A stretch of DNA of 64,000 nucleotides from positions 62,895 to 126,894 of the forward strand of contig CAZCZI010000011.1 in NCBI GenBank assembly GCA_964503045.1. Direction: 5' to 3'. The notes below the pieces were generated by a model, which saw only the letters and a program-made list of their open reading frames with translations, searched no databases and was not told the origin of the DNA. Origin of the DNA: an uncultured Candidatus Obscuribacterales bacterium (lineage in GTDB: Bacteria > Cyanobacteriota > Vampirovibrionia > Obscuribacterales > Obscuribacteraceae). Numbering within the stretch: position 1 is the stretch's first letter; each line of letters starts with the position of its first letter. Made by a program: the position numbers and the translations under genes. Positions 50,669 through 60,801 of this stretch are shown here, one piece after another.

Positions 50669-52120
50669 CTATTTGGCAGGCACTCGGAACCAAAAAGTGC
50701 TTCCTTCACCAACCTTGCTTCTAACGCCTATCTCACCACCGTGGCCAACTACGATCCATTTGCAAATGGCCAGCCCCAAACCAGTGCCACCGCTTTTGGA
50801 TTCTTTTGTTCCGGCCTGCTGAAATCTGTCAAAGATCTTGTCTGTCAAATCTGCCGGAATTCCCGGCCCGCGATCGATCACTCTAACCTCTTTATATGCG
50901 TCATTTGTTTCATCACATTCCAAGGCAATCTCGCTGCCTTCAGGAGAAAACTTGATTGCATTGGACAGGAGGTTTACCAAAACTTGTATTATCCGGTCGC
51001 TGTCGCCGTTTATGGTGGCGTCGGTCTCTTGAGCCTTGAAAGTGATTTGTCGCGAGTCTGCATAGGCTCGCACCGCATCTAGTGCTGACTCGAAAACGTC
51101 GGCAACTTCAATTGATGATCTGAAGATCTCCAACTTTCCTGCTTCCATCCTTTCGACATCAAGCAGATCGTTGATTAGTCGAATGAGCCGATTGACGTTT
51201 GATTCGGCAACTACTGTTTCCTTTTTCGCGTCATCAGGTAGTCCTCCGAGAGCGCCCACGGACAGGAGTGCGAGCGATGCTTGCACAGACATGAGCGGAC
51301 TTCTCAAATCGTGGCTGACCATAGAGACGAGCTCTTGCTTGTGGCGCGCTGCCTCGGAGAGTTGATGCGCCATATCGTGGAAGACTGAGTCTAAGTGGGC
51401 GATTTCGTCGGTTCCGCCAACTAGCGGATTGAGCGGCTCTTTCTTGACCAGTTTCGATGTGTTTTGCATTAACACTTGCAGTCTTTCTGTAATGCCTTTG
51501 TTGATTAACAGCGCCAGAGCAACAGCTAGTGCAATATTCACGGCGATACCACCGAAGAGGCAGGCAATGATAAGCTGGCGTGAACGAGCTTGCGCATAAG
51601 GTGACGATTCTTCAATTTTCTTTTCTTCGTGGACGAATTTGTGAACTTCCGTAATTAAGTCATTGACGCGCATTTGAAGCACCCTTCTGCCGCTGGATGC
51701 AGCTGTCAATGAGAATTGGTGGTTGGTGTCTTCCACCATTTGGCGTGACTCGCGCAACATTCCGTATGCGCTGTAGCCCGCAGCTTCTACGTGCTTAAAA
51801 GCCTCTGCCTGACTGGGATCGCAAGATACCAAGATTTCCAGCGATCGAATCATCTGAGGAATCTGTACGCTAATCTTTTCGAATGACTGACTGTACTTCT
51901 CGTTTCTTGTAAGTGCATAGTTCATGATGGCCATGCTGCCGTCATAAAAGACTTTGATCAAGTTGTTCGAATCGGCAATGATTGCCTTGGAATGTCCTTC
52001 TCGCCAAGTCTCGTACTCTGCTTGTTTGAGCAATCCAATGAGGACGGACACAAATGCCAGTTCGAAAAAAACTGGAATCATAACTACGATTAGTGCTTTG
52101 TGCGAAAGCTTGAGATGCAT
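50669..52120 (-). CDS. Canonical sensor histidine kinase (CHASE3-like sensor-HAMP-HisKA-HATPase_c)
   Basis: H-box ELVSMVSHDLRSPLMSV, N box LVNLLSNAIKFS, G1 IDRGPGIP, F box IFDRFQQ, G2 GGTGLGLAICKWIV. The N-terminal TM motif MHLKLSHKALIVVMIP resembles those of A1 and A2. Confidence 0.9.
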   Translation of the reverse strand: MHLKLSHKALIVVMIPVFFELAFVSVLIGLLKQAEYETWREGHSKAIIADSNNLIKVFYDGSMAIMNYALTRNEKYSQSFEKISVQIPQMIRSLEILVSCDPSQAEAFKHVEAAGYSAYGMLRESRQMVEDTNHQFSLTAASSGRRVLQMRVNDLITEVHKFVHEEKKIEESSPYAQARSRQLIIACLFGGIAVNIALAVALALLINKGITERLQVLMQNTSKLVKKEPLNPLVGGTDEIAHLDSVFHDMAHQLSEAARHKQELVSMVSHDLRSPLMSVQASLALLSVGALGGLPDDAKKETVVAESNVNRLIRLINDLLDVERMEAGKLEIFRSSIEVADVFESALDAVRAYADSRQITFKAQETDATINGDSDRIIQVLVNLLSNAIKFSPEGSEIALECDETNDAYKEVRVIDRGPGIPADLTDKIFDRFQQAGTKESKSGGTGLGLAICKWIVVGHGGEIGVRSKVGEGSTFWFRVPAK

Positions 52121-52152
52121 AGTATTCCACTACGAACTCAGTCGAGTTGTTG

Positions 52153-52464
52153 TTAGCAGGTTGGACCTGTTTGCGGTCCGGGACCACCGCAGGCGCGCAT
52201 CAAGCTGTCGATGTGAGCGACTTTGAACACTTTGTAGATCGTGGGTGGAACATTTGTGAATCTTACCCTGGACTTGGTGGAATCTGCTCTCAAAAGCAAC
52301 TCTTCAAGCCATTCAAGACCGTCGACTGAAATGAATGTGCAGTCGGTGAAATCGAGGGTGAGGTCATGGGTTCCTGAAGCTAATATGCGGTCGGCTAAGT
52401 CAATGCCTCGTTCGAGAGGTCCTTGAATCTTGTGTATTTCGACCTGTTTTGAATCAGCGGACAT
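52153..52464 (-). CDS. STAS-domain protein (anti-sigma-factor-antagonist-like)
   Basis: LTLDFTDCTFISVDGLEWLEELL...RVRFTNVPPTIYKVFKV follows the SpoIIAA/RsbV pattern. It lies 32 nt upstream of the kinase on the same strand. Confidence 0.7.
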   Translation of the reverse strand: MSADSKQVEIHKIQGPLERGIDLADRILASGTHDLTLDFTDCTFISVDGLEWLEELLLRADSTKSRVRFTNVPPTIYKVFKVAHIDSLMRACGGPGPQTGPTC

Positions 52465-52486
52465 TGGTTTACTCCAGATTGTGTGG

Positions 52487-55108
52487 CTATGGACGTTCTC
52501 GCGGTGGGTAGGTCTTGATGAAGATTTCGACCATTTCGTTGACCATCGGGTAGCTTGGGTTTGTCTTCAAGCTCATGTCTAGGAAGGAATCCTTGACGAG
52601 ATCAGGTAACGCTGCATCGAGGTCTTCACGTTTGATTCCAAGCTCTGAGATGCTCGTGGGTTGGCCTACTTGTTTGGCGAGGTCGTAGATGGCCCGTCTC
52701 AAGGCTAGTGCACCGCGCTGGGTTTCGTTGAGATCGCTGTTGGGTGTGCCGTCATCTACAATTCCGAGGAACTGTGCTGCACGTGCATATTTCTTGTCGG
52801 CGATCCAAATCGGATAGTTGGAAACTGCCACGAACTTTGTCGGAATGCGTGAATTGTATTCGAGGGTCGAGAGCAAGAAGACAGAGTTTGCTCTGCCGTG
52901 AGGAATGTCGAAGCGTGCTCCGAAAGCGTGAGCCAGCGCATGGTTCATACCGACTGAAGCATTGCCTATAGCCATGCCGGCAAGGCAGGCTGCATTGTGC
53001 AATTTGTGGCGCCAGAGAATGTTGTTTGGATTCTTGAGGGCTTCCGGAAGAGCTTCCACTATCAGGCGCATGGCTTCAAGCGCCAATCCATCGGTGTAGT
53101 CGGAGGCGAATGATGAAACAAGCGCTTCCAGGGCGTGAGTGAGGGCGTCAAATGCGGTGTCACGCGTAATATCTGCCGGCAGCGACTTCGTCAAATTGGC
53201 ATCGATAATGGCAACGTTTGGCATCAAGCATTCGTCGACAAGCGAGAGCTTTTTGTGTTCGTCGTTATCTTTGAGAACGGCAAACGGTGTGACTTCCGAG
53301 CCGGTGCCTGATGTGGTTGGAATGGCCACGAGCTGCAATTTCATGTCTTTGGGAAACTCAACTATACGATGGTTGAAGTCCAAGAAAGTAATCGCTGCTT
53401 CTTGCAGTGAAAGTGATGGAAACTCGTAGCACAACCGAATCACTTTGGCCGCATCCAACACCGAGCCGCCACCAAGCGCGATGATCGTATCGGGTGGGCT
53501 TTGGCGCATGGCTTGAGTGGCGCGTTGAATCGTTTTCCAATCCGGCTCTGCGCCGATGTCGCTGAAAACATCAACGTGGCAATCGGGTGGAAGTTTCTCC
53601 AATACTGTCGAGAGGTGTCCGCGCCGAGAAGCCGATCTGGAAGTGACGATGAAGGCGCTCTTGGTCTTGAGACCGCGCAGATGCTCGATGCTTCCCGGGT
53701 TGATGTAGATGTTCTTGGTGGTTTGGAACGTGATTGTATAGTTCTTGCGGCGCGGAACCCGTTTGTAGTTTATTAAGTTCTTGATGCCGACGTTGTCTGT
53801 GGTGATGTTGCCGCCGCCGGTTCCGCAGCCGAAACTGAGGGTGGTGTTGAGGTTGTTGTAGACCCCGCCCAGTCCGCCCATCGATGTCGGGCAGTTGACG
53901 ATAATGCGGCCGGCGTTGATGGCGGTGGAAAACTGTTCGATTACATCTTCGTCTTCCGCGAAGATACCGGACGTGTGTCCCGTGCCGCCGGCGTAGTTGA
54001 CGTCTAGTGCGCGGTTGATGCCTTCTTGGACGGTATCGACCGTGACAAACCCCAAAACCGGCATCAACTTTTCGACGGCGAGCTTGTGATAGCGCAACTC
54101 GCCTTCAAGTGGACACAACAGTATCTTCGTGCCGGGTGGAACCTCGAATCCCGACTTCTCCGCAATGAGTGCTGCGGGCTGCCCGACCAGTTTGTAGTTC
54201 ATTCCACCGGTGCGCGCGTCGATAACCGTGTCGGAAACTTTTTGCACTTCGTCGGCAGAGCAGACGTGGCAACCAAGACGTTTCAGTTCTGAAAGCAGAT
54301 TGTCGGCGATGGCGTTGTCTATAACGAGAGTCTGTTCTGACGGGCATTCCGTGCCGTTGTCGAAAGTTTTGGAGATAATGATATCCATTGCGGCCGAGTT
54401 GATGTCGGCCGATTTGTGCACGTAAACGGGAGTATTGCCCGGACCCACGCCCAATGCTGGTTTGCCTGAGCTGTAGGCGGCTCTGACCATGTTGGTTCCG
54501 CCGGTTGCAAAAATCAGGTCGACTTCCGGGTGCGTCATCATCAACTCGGTTTCTCTGCGAAGTCTGGGCGACTTCTCGACCCATGTGATGAAACCCTTGG
54601 GCGCACCGGCTTTCACTGCCGCATCATAAAGAATTTTGGCGGTCAAATTGCTTGAATCTGCAGCCATCAAGTGCGGGCTGAAGATAATGGTGTTGCGTGT
54701 TTTAGCGCAAGCAATGCTTTTGAAAATGACAGTTGAGGTTGGGTTGGTGACTGGTGCCAGACCCAAGATAACCCCTATCGGTTCGGCAATCTCCACCATG
54801 TTCTCTTCAGGAAACTCTCGAACCACACCAACTGTTCGTTTGTCTTTGATTTGGTTGTATTGAAATTCCGATGCCACCAAGTTTTTGAGTAGTTTGTCTT
54901 CCATCAGCCCCATGCGTGTTTCTTCGTGGGCCGACTTGGCGAAGAGCGCCGAATTTTCGACGGCGGCGATGGTCATCGCTTTGACGATTTTATCGACTTG
55001 CTCTTGCGAGTATTGCGTGAAAACTGCTGCTGCAAGCCTTGCTTGTCTAACCAGGTGATTCACTCGATCGGCAAGTGCTGCATCTTGATCTTTTATCGAC
55101 GTTACCAT
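52487..55108 (-). CDS. adhE: Bifunctional acetaldehyde-CoA/alcohol dehydrogenase
   Basis: 873 aa. N-terminal ALDH half with the catalytic Cys context FDNGTECPSEQ. C-terminal Fe-ADH half with IIALGGGSVLDAAK and His-rich metal ligands (GMNHALAHAFG). Confidence 0.92.
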   Translation of the reverse strand: MVTSIKDQDAALADRVNHLVRQARLAAAVFTQYSQEQVDKIVKAMTIAAVENSALFAKSAHEETRMGLMEDKLLKNLVASEFQYNQIKDKRTVGVVREFPEENMVEIAEPIGVILGLAPVTNPTSTVIFKSIACAKTRNTIIFSPHLMAADSSNLTAKILYDAAVKAGAPKGFITWVEKSPRLRRETELMMTHPEVDLIFATGGTNMVRAAYSSGKPALGVGPGNTPVYVHKSADINSAAMDIIISKTFDNGTECPSEQTLVIDNAIADNLLSELKRLGCHVCSADEVQKVSDTVIDARTGGMNYKLVGQPAALIAEKSGFEVPPGTKILLCPLEGELRYHKLAVEKLMPVLGFVTVDTVQEGINRALDVNYAGGTGHTSGIFAEDEDVIEQFSTAINAGRIIVNCPTSMGGLGGVYNNLNTTLSFGCGTGGGNITTDNVGIKNLINYKRVPRRKNYTITFQTTKNIYINPGSIEHLRGLKTKSAFIVTSRSASRRGHLSTVLEKLPPDCHVDVFSDIGAEPDWKTIQRATQAMRQSPPDTIIALGGGSVLDAAKVIRLCYEFPSLSLQEAAITFLDFNHRIVEFPKDMKLQLVAIPTTSGTGSEVTPFAVLKDNDEHKKLSLVDECLMPNVAIIDANLTKSLPADITRDTAFDALTHALEALVSSFASDYTDGLALEAMRLIVEALPEALKNPNNILWRHKLHNAACLAGMAIGNASVGMNHALAHAFGARFDIPHGRANSVFLLSTLEYNSRIPTKFVAVSNYPIWIADKKYARAAQFLGIVDDGTPNSDLNETQRGALALRRAIYDLAKQVGQPTSISELGIKREDLDAALPDLVKDSFLDMSLKTNPSYPMVNEMVEIFIKTYPPRERP

Positions 55109-55551
55109 CGCTTATCGGTCCTCGACTCTAACTACATTAAAGTGTGACGCATTGACAGAGCGAATTGCCACCGCCGACGCGAGATTTGTATTGAAAATTG
55201 GCTCAAGGTTCAAGAGATTCCTTGGGGATGAACATCGGAATCTGCAATCTGCAACAAGAGGCAGTGCTTGTCAGTATCCCCCGAGGTTCCTTCCTCGCCG
55301 AGATTTGGCGCTTATCAAGTGTACGCCAAAACGATATATAGAAGGGGTTTGGACAGGCTACCTTGAGTAAAGATAATGTTGAGTTTCTGCATGAAACATT
55401 GCGAACTCTTTCAAATCTTCTGAAACTAGCTGGAATAAGGGTGGGGCAACCACGTAATTTACCCCTTTGATTGTAAAGGAGATCTGAATAGAATACCTTT
55501 TGGCTGTTGTTATAAATGAACAGCTAGCCCGGTGAGGGCGAAGGCAGTGGT

Positions 55552-58500
55552 GTGGTACAGGCGAAAGAGTTGACCTCAAACGGCAGACACCGGGATCTTT
55601 GTGTGTCTGGCTTTGCGCTAGCGGCATTGTCAATTGTAGGGGGCGGCGTCTCGGCTCTATCTGTGAGTTTGACGCTCGGTGTCTCCTGCGTGCAATCGGC
55701 GCAAGCAGCTGATTTTAGCCATGTGAAGCATGTGTTCGTCCCGCCATCGAGAATTCCTCGTCGCTTCGATTACGAGTCGCAAGGCGGCGGACGCGAAGCC
55801 ACCTATTACGATTCAGCACCGACTGCGGAGTACATACCGCCGGTTCCGTCTTCTTCTTCTTCCAAACCTGGCAAGTACGGCATGGTTCCACCGCCGCCAC
55901 CGGTGACACCTAGTTTGTTGCCGTCCAGTCTCAAAGTTCCACCACCTCCACCGGCACCGTCAATCATTCGATCAAGCTCTAGCTCTGGCTCTAACTCTTC
56001 GTTTGGAGCACCTCAGCGCAACTCGTGGACATCGACCGTCCAAACAACGGACAGACCTGCATCTGCCAATGCGCCGACAGCCAACGTGGTTTTGGATCGT
56101 GCTCAACAGAAGGTGGAGTCTCTGATTCAGCAAGGCAAATTGACTGAAGCACAAGACCTCGTGAAGCAGTACATGCAGGCTTTTCCGAAAGACAGGCAAT
56201 TGGCTTCGCAGATGGTCAGAGCCACTGTCGAGAAGGCGAAGGGGTTGCTTGCCGAAGGCGATGCAGACGGCGCTGCGAAGCAAGCGCGTGAGGCTTTATA
56301 TATTGATGGTTCAAACCAGGCTGCCACATCAGTGTTGGCTCAGGCTTTGACCAAGAGCGGCACCGATCCGAAGTCTGTGGCTTCGCGCATCAAAGCGGGT
56401 GATTCTCTGGTGGCGCAAGGGCGCAATGCCGAAGCGGAAGTGGAGTATCGTGCGGCCATCAAAATCAAATCGACGGAAGAAGGGCATGTCGGTTTGGGAA
56501 ATGTTCTCTTCAAGCAAAACAAACGAGATCTGGCTAAAGCCGAGTATCAAAAAGCGCTGGAGCTCAACCCGGATTCACCGGTTGCACTGAGACAAATGGG
56601 AATCGTTCGGCTGGCAACCAATGATGTAGTTGGTGCCAACGCAAATTTGACGCGCGCCTTGGTGATTGATCCCACCGATAAAGTTGCCGGAAAAAGTTTG
56701 CTTGAACTTTGGCAAAGACAAGTTTCACGCAACCCTAAAGACGCCAATGCCCATCTGGGTTTGGCTAGAGCGTATCAGCTGACAGGCGACCTGAAATCTG
56801 CTCAGGCGTCGTATCGAACTGTTGTTCACGTCGACCCCAACCATCCAAACCTTCCTGCAGCACGTCAAAGCTTTAAGTTGGCTTTGGCAAGACAGGAAGC
56901 GGTCAAGTCTTACGAGGCGGCGAAAGTCCTGGAGTCGCACGGTGCCATAAAGGATGCCTACGATCGCATGATTGAAGCGGTTGGACTGTTTCCCGCCGAA
57001 ATGAACTATCGACTGTATCAGGCCCAGCTGGCTGAAAAGCTCGGAATGATTCAACAAGCGCATGACTATTATGTGTTTATCCTGCGCGAAGATCCCAAAA
57101 ATCTGTTGGCTGCTCAGCGACTGAAAGCGCTGCCTCAAGTAGGTGCAAACGGTCAGCCGGTTGCGATGATGGCAACTGCCGGCAGTCTTGCTCAATTACA
57201 GCAGCAAGCCCCATCTCAACTTTTGGAAGCGCCTCCGGCGCAGACCATCGCCCCACCGCCGGTGGTGGCTGGGCTTGGTGGGGGCGGCGTGAGCGCACCG
57301 ACTGGAAAAATCTCCACTGATACCAATGTCAATTCGATTGCCGGATTCCTCGGGCAGCTTCGCAACTTTTCGCTCGTTCAGCAGCAACAAGTGAAAACGG
57401 TTGAAGACACCGCCCACAGTGCAATCAAAGATTTGACTGCGGCATTAAATCCGAATGCCGCGCCACCTGCATCCGCTGCATCTGCAGCTACCGCAAGTGC
57501 GGCATCTGTTGATGTCCCACCCATAAACATTCCAGGGTTGGGAACTATTGCAGGACTCGGCGGCAGCACCACTGCATCTTCGGCGCCTCAAGCTTCGGCA
57601 TCATCATCTTCATCTTCTTCAGCGCCTTCGATGACCGGACTTGCGCTTGCACCGTTGCTCAATGGCAGCGACAAGGGAGCATTGGCGTCGCTCGGGGCGC
57701 AGGCGGCACCGGCATTGATGAGCGGTAAGTTGGATAAGCTCAATCAAGGCGATATCGACAACATCTACTCGCTTTTGAAAGGTCCGATTGGCAAAAAGTT
57801 GGGCGTCAAGACGGCGCCACCGGCGGCGGTGAACTCCTCGAGCGAGACACCACCCACGGCACCAGGTCCTGCCGCTGCGCTGACCGTGACACCGGATCAG
57901 CTCCAGTTCGCAATGCAAAAGCTAGGCAGTCTGGAAGCGCGCAACAACGAATTGCAGGCGCAACTCACCAAGGCGCATCAAGCGATTCAAGAGTTGAAAT
58001 CGTCTCCTAACTTCATGATGGGACCGGCTCCGACGACGCCGACTCCAAGCTTCATGACCAGCAATGCAACCGCAGCTCCTAACCTTTCGAGCAACCCCTT
58101 GGTTCCACCTGGGAGCGTTTCAATAACGCCGACTGGACCTATTCCAATGATTCCGGCTGCCCAAAGCAAAATCTTCGTTCCTGGAAGCTCTGCCAACTCA
58201 TTGGCTGGGGTAGCACAACCGGTGTTCCAAACAGAAACTCCGCGCTATGCCACACCATCAGACTTGCCTGAACCGGCGCCGACTCCTAACGCACCGGCAA
58301 CTCCGCCGAATCTTTCGGTCAACCCGAACTTGCAGTCTATGCAGTCTTGGCCGGCTGGCGTAGTGAAACTGGAATTGGAAGGCGTCAATGCATCGATGAC
58401 CGACATCAAACTCAAAGTGGTTTTGCGCAACGAGCAAAATCAGGTGTTGACGATTCCATCATCGGCTCAAGCCGTGGTGCGCATGTCCGGGCGTCCCGAT

Positions 58501-58674
58501 CGCAAGGCGAAAGTAAGCTTCCCTTCCGATTCGATACCTGCACATGGTGAAGTTCGCGGCGTAATCAAAGTTTCCGGGCACGATTTGAACCCGTCTGCAG
58601 ATGTGTTCATCCCTCTGACCACGGCAAGCGGCAGCAATGAGATTCATCTGACGGTTCCGATTTCATCGCTGTAA
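55552..58674 (+). CDS. Large secreted TPR protein with Pro- and Ser/Ala-rich linkers and a C-terminal beta domain
   Basis: Signal-like GFALAALSIVGGGVSALSVSLTLGVSCVQSAQA. About 8 TPR units span aa 180-520 (for example AEVEYRAAIKIKSTEEGHVGLGNVLFKQNKRDLAKAEYQKALELNP). Low-complexity SSSSSS/AAPA tracts. GTG start is uncertain. Confidence 0.7.
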   Translation: MVQAKELTSNGRHRDLCVSGFALAALSIVGGGVSALSVSLTLGVSCVQSAQAADFSHVKHVFVPPSRIPRRFDYESQGGGREATYYDSAPTAEYIPPVPSSSSSKPGKYGMVPPPPPVTPSLLPSSLKVPPPPPAPSIIRSSSSSGSNSSFGAPQRNSWTSTVQTTDRPASANAPTANVVLDRAQQKVESLIQQGKLTEAQDLVKQYMQAFPKDRQLASQMVRATVEKAKGLLAEGDADGAAKQAREALYIDGSNQAATSVLAQALTKSGTDPKSVASRIKAGDSLVAQGRNAEAEVEYRAAIKIKSTEEGHVGLGNVLFKQNKRDLAKAEYQKALELNPDSPVALRQMGIVRLATNDVVGANANLTRALVIDPTDKVAGKSLLELWQRQVSRNPKDANAHLGLARAYQLTGDLKSAQASYRTVVHVDPNHPNLPAARQSFKLALARQEAVKSYEAAKVLESHGAIKDAYDRMIEAVGLFPAEMNYRLYQAQLAEKLGMIQQAHDYYVFILREDPKNLLAAQRLKALPQVGANGQPVAMMATAGSLAQLQQQAPSQLLEAPPAQTIAPPPVVAGLGGGGVSAPTGKISTDTNVNSIAGFLGQLRNFSLVQQQQVKTVEDTAHSAIKDLTAALNPNAAPPASAASAATASAASVDVPPINIPGLGTIAGLGGSTTASSAPQASASSSSSSSAPSMTGLALAPLLNGSDKGALASLGAQAAPALMSGKLDKLNQGDIDNIYSLLKGPIGKKLGVKTAPPAAVNSSSETPPTAPGPAAALTVTPDQLQFAMQKLGSLEARNNELQAQLTKAHQAIQELKSSPNFMMGPAPTTPTPSFMTSNATAAPNLSSNPLVPPGSVSITPTGPIPMIPAAQSKIFVPGSSANSLAGVAQPVFQTETPRYATPSDLPEPAPTPNAPATPPNLSVNPNLQSMQSWPAGVVKLELEGVNASMTDIKLKVVLRNEQNQVLTIPSSAQAVVRMSGRPDRKAKVSFPSDSIPAHGEVRGVIKVSGHDLNPSADVFIPLTTASGSNEIHLTVPISSL

Positions 58675-58864
58675 TTGCGCCTGTTCAACGCGAACGTTAC
58701 AAAAAATTCTAGCGTGTACCTATAGCTACCGACTGTGTGCTATCTAACGATGTTCTGGGGTTTTCACCAGTGTATGGCGTGCGCGTGCACGCCATAATGA
58801 CATAGCGAGAGAACTACCTAGTACGCAAGGCAAAGTCAGTCGGTCGGGTTAATTGGAGTCGTCG

Positions 58865-59716
58865 ATGTTTCGGCGCAATTCTTCTGTCGGTAAAACTTGT
58901 ATAAGTGCTGTAACGATCATCGTTGCGGTTGCAGCTTTTGCGCCGAACCCTGCTTGCGCACATCCTGATCGGTTTTCGAAATCGTTTGACACTCCGGACG
59001 AGATTCGTGATGCCGAATACGCTAAGGCAGCGAGCTACTTCAATAAGGTTAGCTCATCGCATCTCGGTGACAAAGACCCGCGATTCATCGGCGCTATGAA
59101 GGCTCTAGCCGAGCGCACTGCACGTCTTGGTGTGTATCGCTCGTCACTAGTGTTGTACGCCGGATGCCTTCGTCTCGAGGAGCGTGCATACGGAAAGGAC
59201 AGTTTTGATTTGGTAGAAACTCTTCAAGATTTCGCACGAGTTTGCACTGAAGCAGGTGAGCTGACCGCAGCCAAGCAATACTATATTCGTGCACGAACTC
59301 TATACCAACAGAATGACCGAGACGTGAGGTTTAGCAGGGAGCTTGCTGAAGTGTGCACCAAACTTGGTGACTACGATCAGGCTCGATCGTATCTTCAAAG
59401 TGAGTTGGAGCAGGCGAAGGCAACCATGTATCCATATAGTCCGCCTTTGCAAGATGCGTATGTTGCCCTGGAGTCGTTCTACTTAGACAGAAAAGACTAT
59501 GTATCGGCAGGTTTGATCTATCTTGAACATGCCGAAAACGATCGACTCGCTTTTGGGAGAAAGGAATATATCGAACAACTTCTAAAGGCGAATGCGGCAT
59601 TTGCAAAACATGCTAAACGGCTGGCGAACCGGCCCCAACCTTGGATCGAGCAACTGAAGTCAAATCTCGAAACCGTTTTTCGTTTGACGCTTGCTTTAGG
59701 AGTCGCAAGTAAATAA
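58865..59716 (+). CDS. Secreted TPR-like repeat protein
   Basis: ATG at 58865 gives MFRRNSSVGKTCISAVTIIVAVAAFAPNPACA as a signal peptide. The rest is helical repeats such as LVETLQDFARVCTEAGELTAAKQYYIRARTLYQ. Confidence 0.6.
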   Translation: MFRRNSSVGKTCISAVTIIVAVAAFAPNPACAHPDRFSKSFDTPDEIRDAEYAKAASYFNKVSSSHLGDKDPRFIGAMKALAERTARLGVYRSSLVLYAGCLRLEERAYGKDSFDLVETLQDFARVCTEAGELTAAKQYYIRARTLYQQNDRDVRFSRELAEVCTKLGDYDQARSYLQSELEQAKATMYPYSPPLQDAYVALESFYLDRKDYVSAGLIYLEHAENDRLAFGRKEYIEQLLKANAAFAKHAKRLANRPQPWIEQLKSNLETVFRLTLALGVASK

Positions 59717-59718
59717 CA

Positions 59719-60801
59719 ATGACTCTGAGAAATACAATGATGTTTTACCTTTGTCTAATTATGACGTTTACCGTTAGTCTGCAGCCGTGCGATGCCCAAG
59801 GACTCAGGGGCATGCTGCCGGAGGGCATGTCCAGTCGGCAGTGGCAAGATGATTTATTGAATACGGAGATTGCACTTCGAAAGAAGCTTGACCTGATCTA
59901 TCGTGCGCCAATGGGTACTCTTGATCCGCGCTACATTCCATTGCTTCAAGACCTGGAGCGAGTTCTGGATGACCAGGACAAAGATGGTGAGCGCGAGATT
60001 GTATTGCGTAAACTGATTCGCGCACAAAAGGAAATGCATGGTCCGGAGACGGATGGTTTGCAAGACCTGACCGAATCAATGTGGATGCTTGGCTGCGCTC
60101 TAATTGATAAACAGCCGAACGAGTCTAAGAAGTTGTATGCGGAACTGTTGCAGATTTGCAAGAGCGATAAGGAATGCCAACCACGCTTGATTTATTACTA
60201 CATGATTGAACTTGTCGAGGCTGAAATTAAGCTTGGCAATACAGGTGAAGCTGAAAGATTATGTTATGCGGCTCGTGCCTTTGCAAAGCGAAATCATGTC
60301 GAAGACGAGCTCACCGAGTCCAAATTGTTGGAAGCCTGTTTGAAGTCTAAGTCTTACTCGAAAGCGGCTCAAATGCTTAATGCGCGCATCAGGAAAAAAC
60401 CGAAAGCTTACTCTGCCACCTTGTTGCAACTGGCTGAAGTTTACTGTGTAGCCGGCAATGATGCAGCGCTCTTGGACGCGTATCACAAATATCAGCTGTA
60501 CAGAAAAACACATCATCAGGCAGATGAACAGCTCGCGGGGATGGCGAAGGTCCTCGCCAAGCGGCGTATGTTTGACGAAGCCTGGCAATTACGGAAGTGT
60601 GAGATCGCACAGCGAAATTTGAAATACTATTTGGACGAACCACGCGAAGAAGCAAAAGCTGTTGGGAATCTTGCGCGTGTCGCTCAAAAACGCAGATCTG
60701 TGTCGCAGGCGGAATGCAAATATTTGAAATCGTGGAGCGACGCGCTTTTCCGGAAGGTAAAAGAGCAAGAGCTAGCTGACGCACGAGGTGCCCATGAGTA
60801 A
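59719..60801 (+). CDS. Secreted TPR-like repeat protein
   Basis: Signal peptide MMFYLCLIMTFTVSLQPCDA followed by helical repeats. It starts 2 nt after the stop of the previous gene. Confidence 0.6.
   Translation: MTLRNTMMFYLCLIMTFTVSLQPCDAQGLRGMLPEGMSSRQWQDDLLNTEIALRKKLDLIYRAPMGTLDPRYIPLLQDLERVLDDQDKDGEREIVLRKLIRAQKEMHGPETDGLQDLTESMWMLGCALIDKQPNESKKLYAELLQICKSDKECQPRLIYYYMIELVEAEIKLGNTGEAERLCYAARAFAKRNHVEDELTESKLLEACLKSKSYSKAAQMLNARIRKKPKAYSATLLQLAEVYCVAGNDAALLDAYHKYQLYRKTHHQADEQLAGMAKVLAKRRMFDEAWQLRKCEIAQRNLKYYLDEPREEAKAVGNLARVAQKRRSVSQAECKYLKSWSDALFRKVKEQELADARGAHE

Noticed and set aside
55140-55160. TGTGACGCATTGACA upstream of adhE as a Rex/CRP-type operator.
   Set aside because: The second half-site reads TGACA, not TCACA, so there is no dyad symmetry. 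It also lies only about 40 nt from the start codon. The evidence is insufficient.
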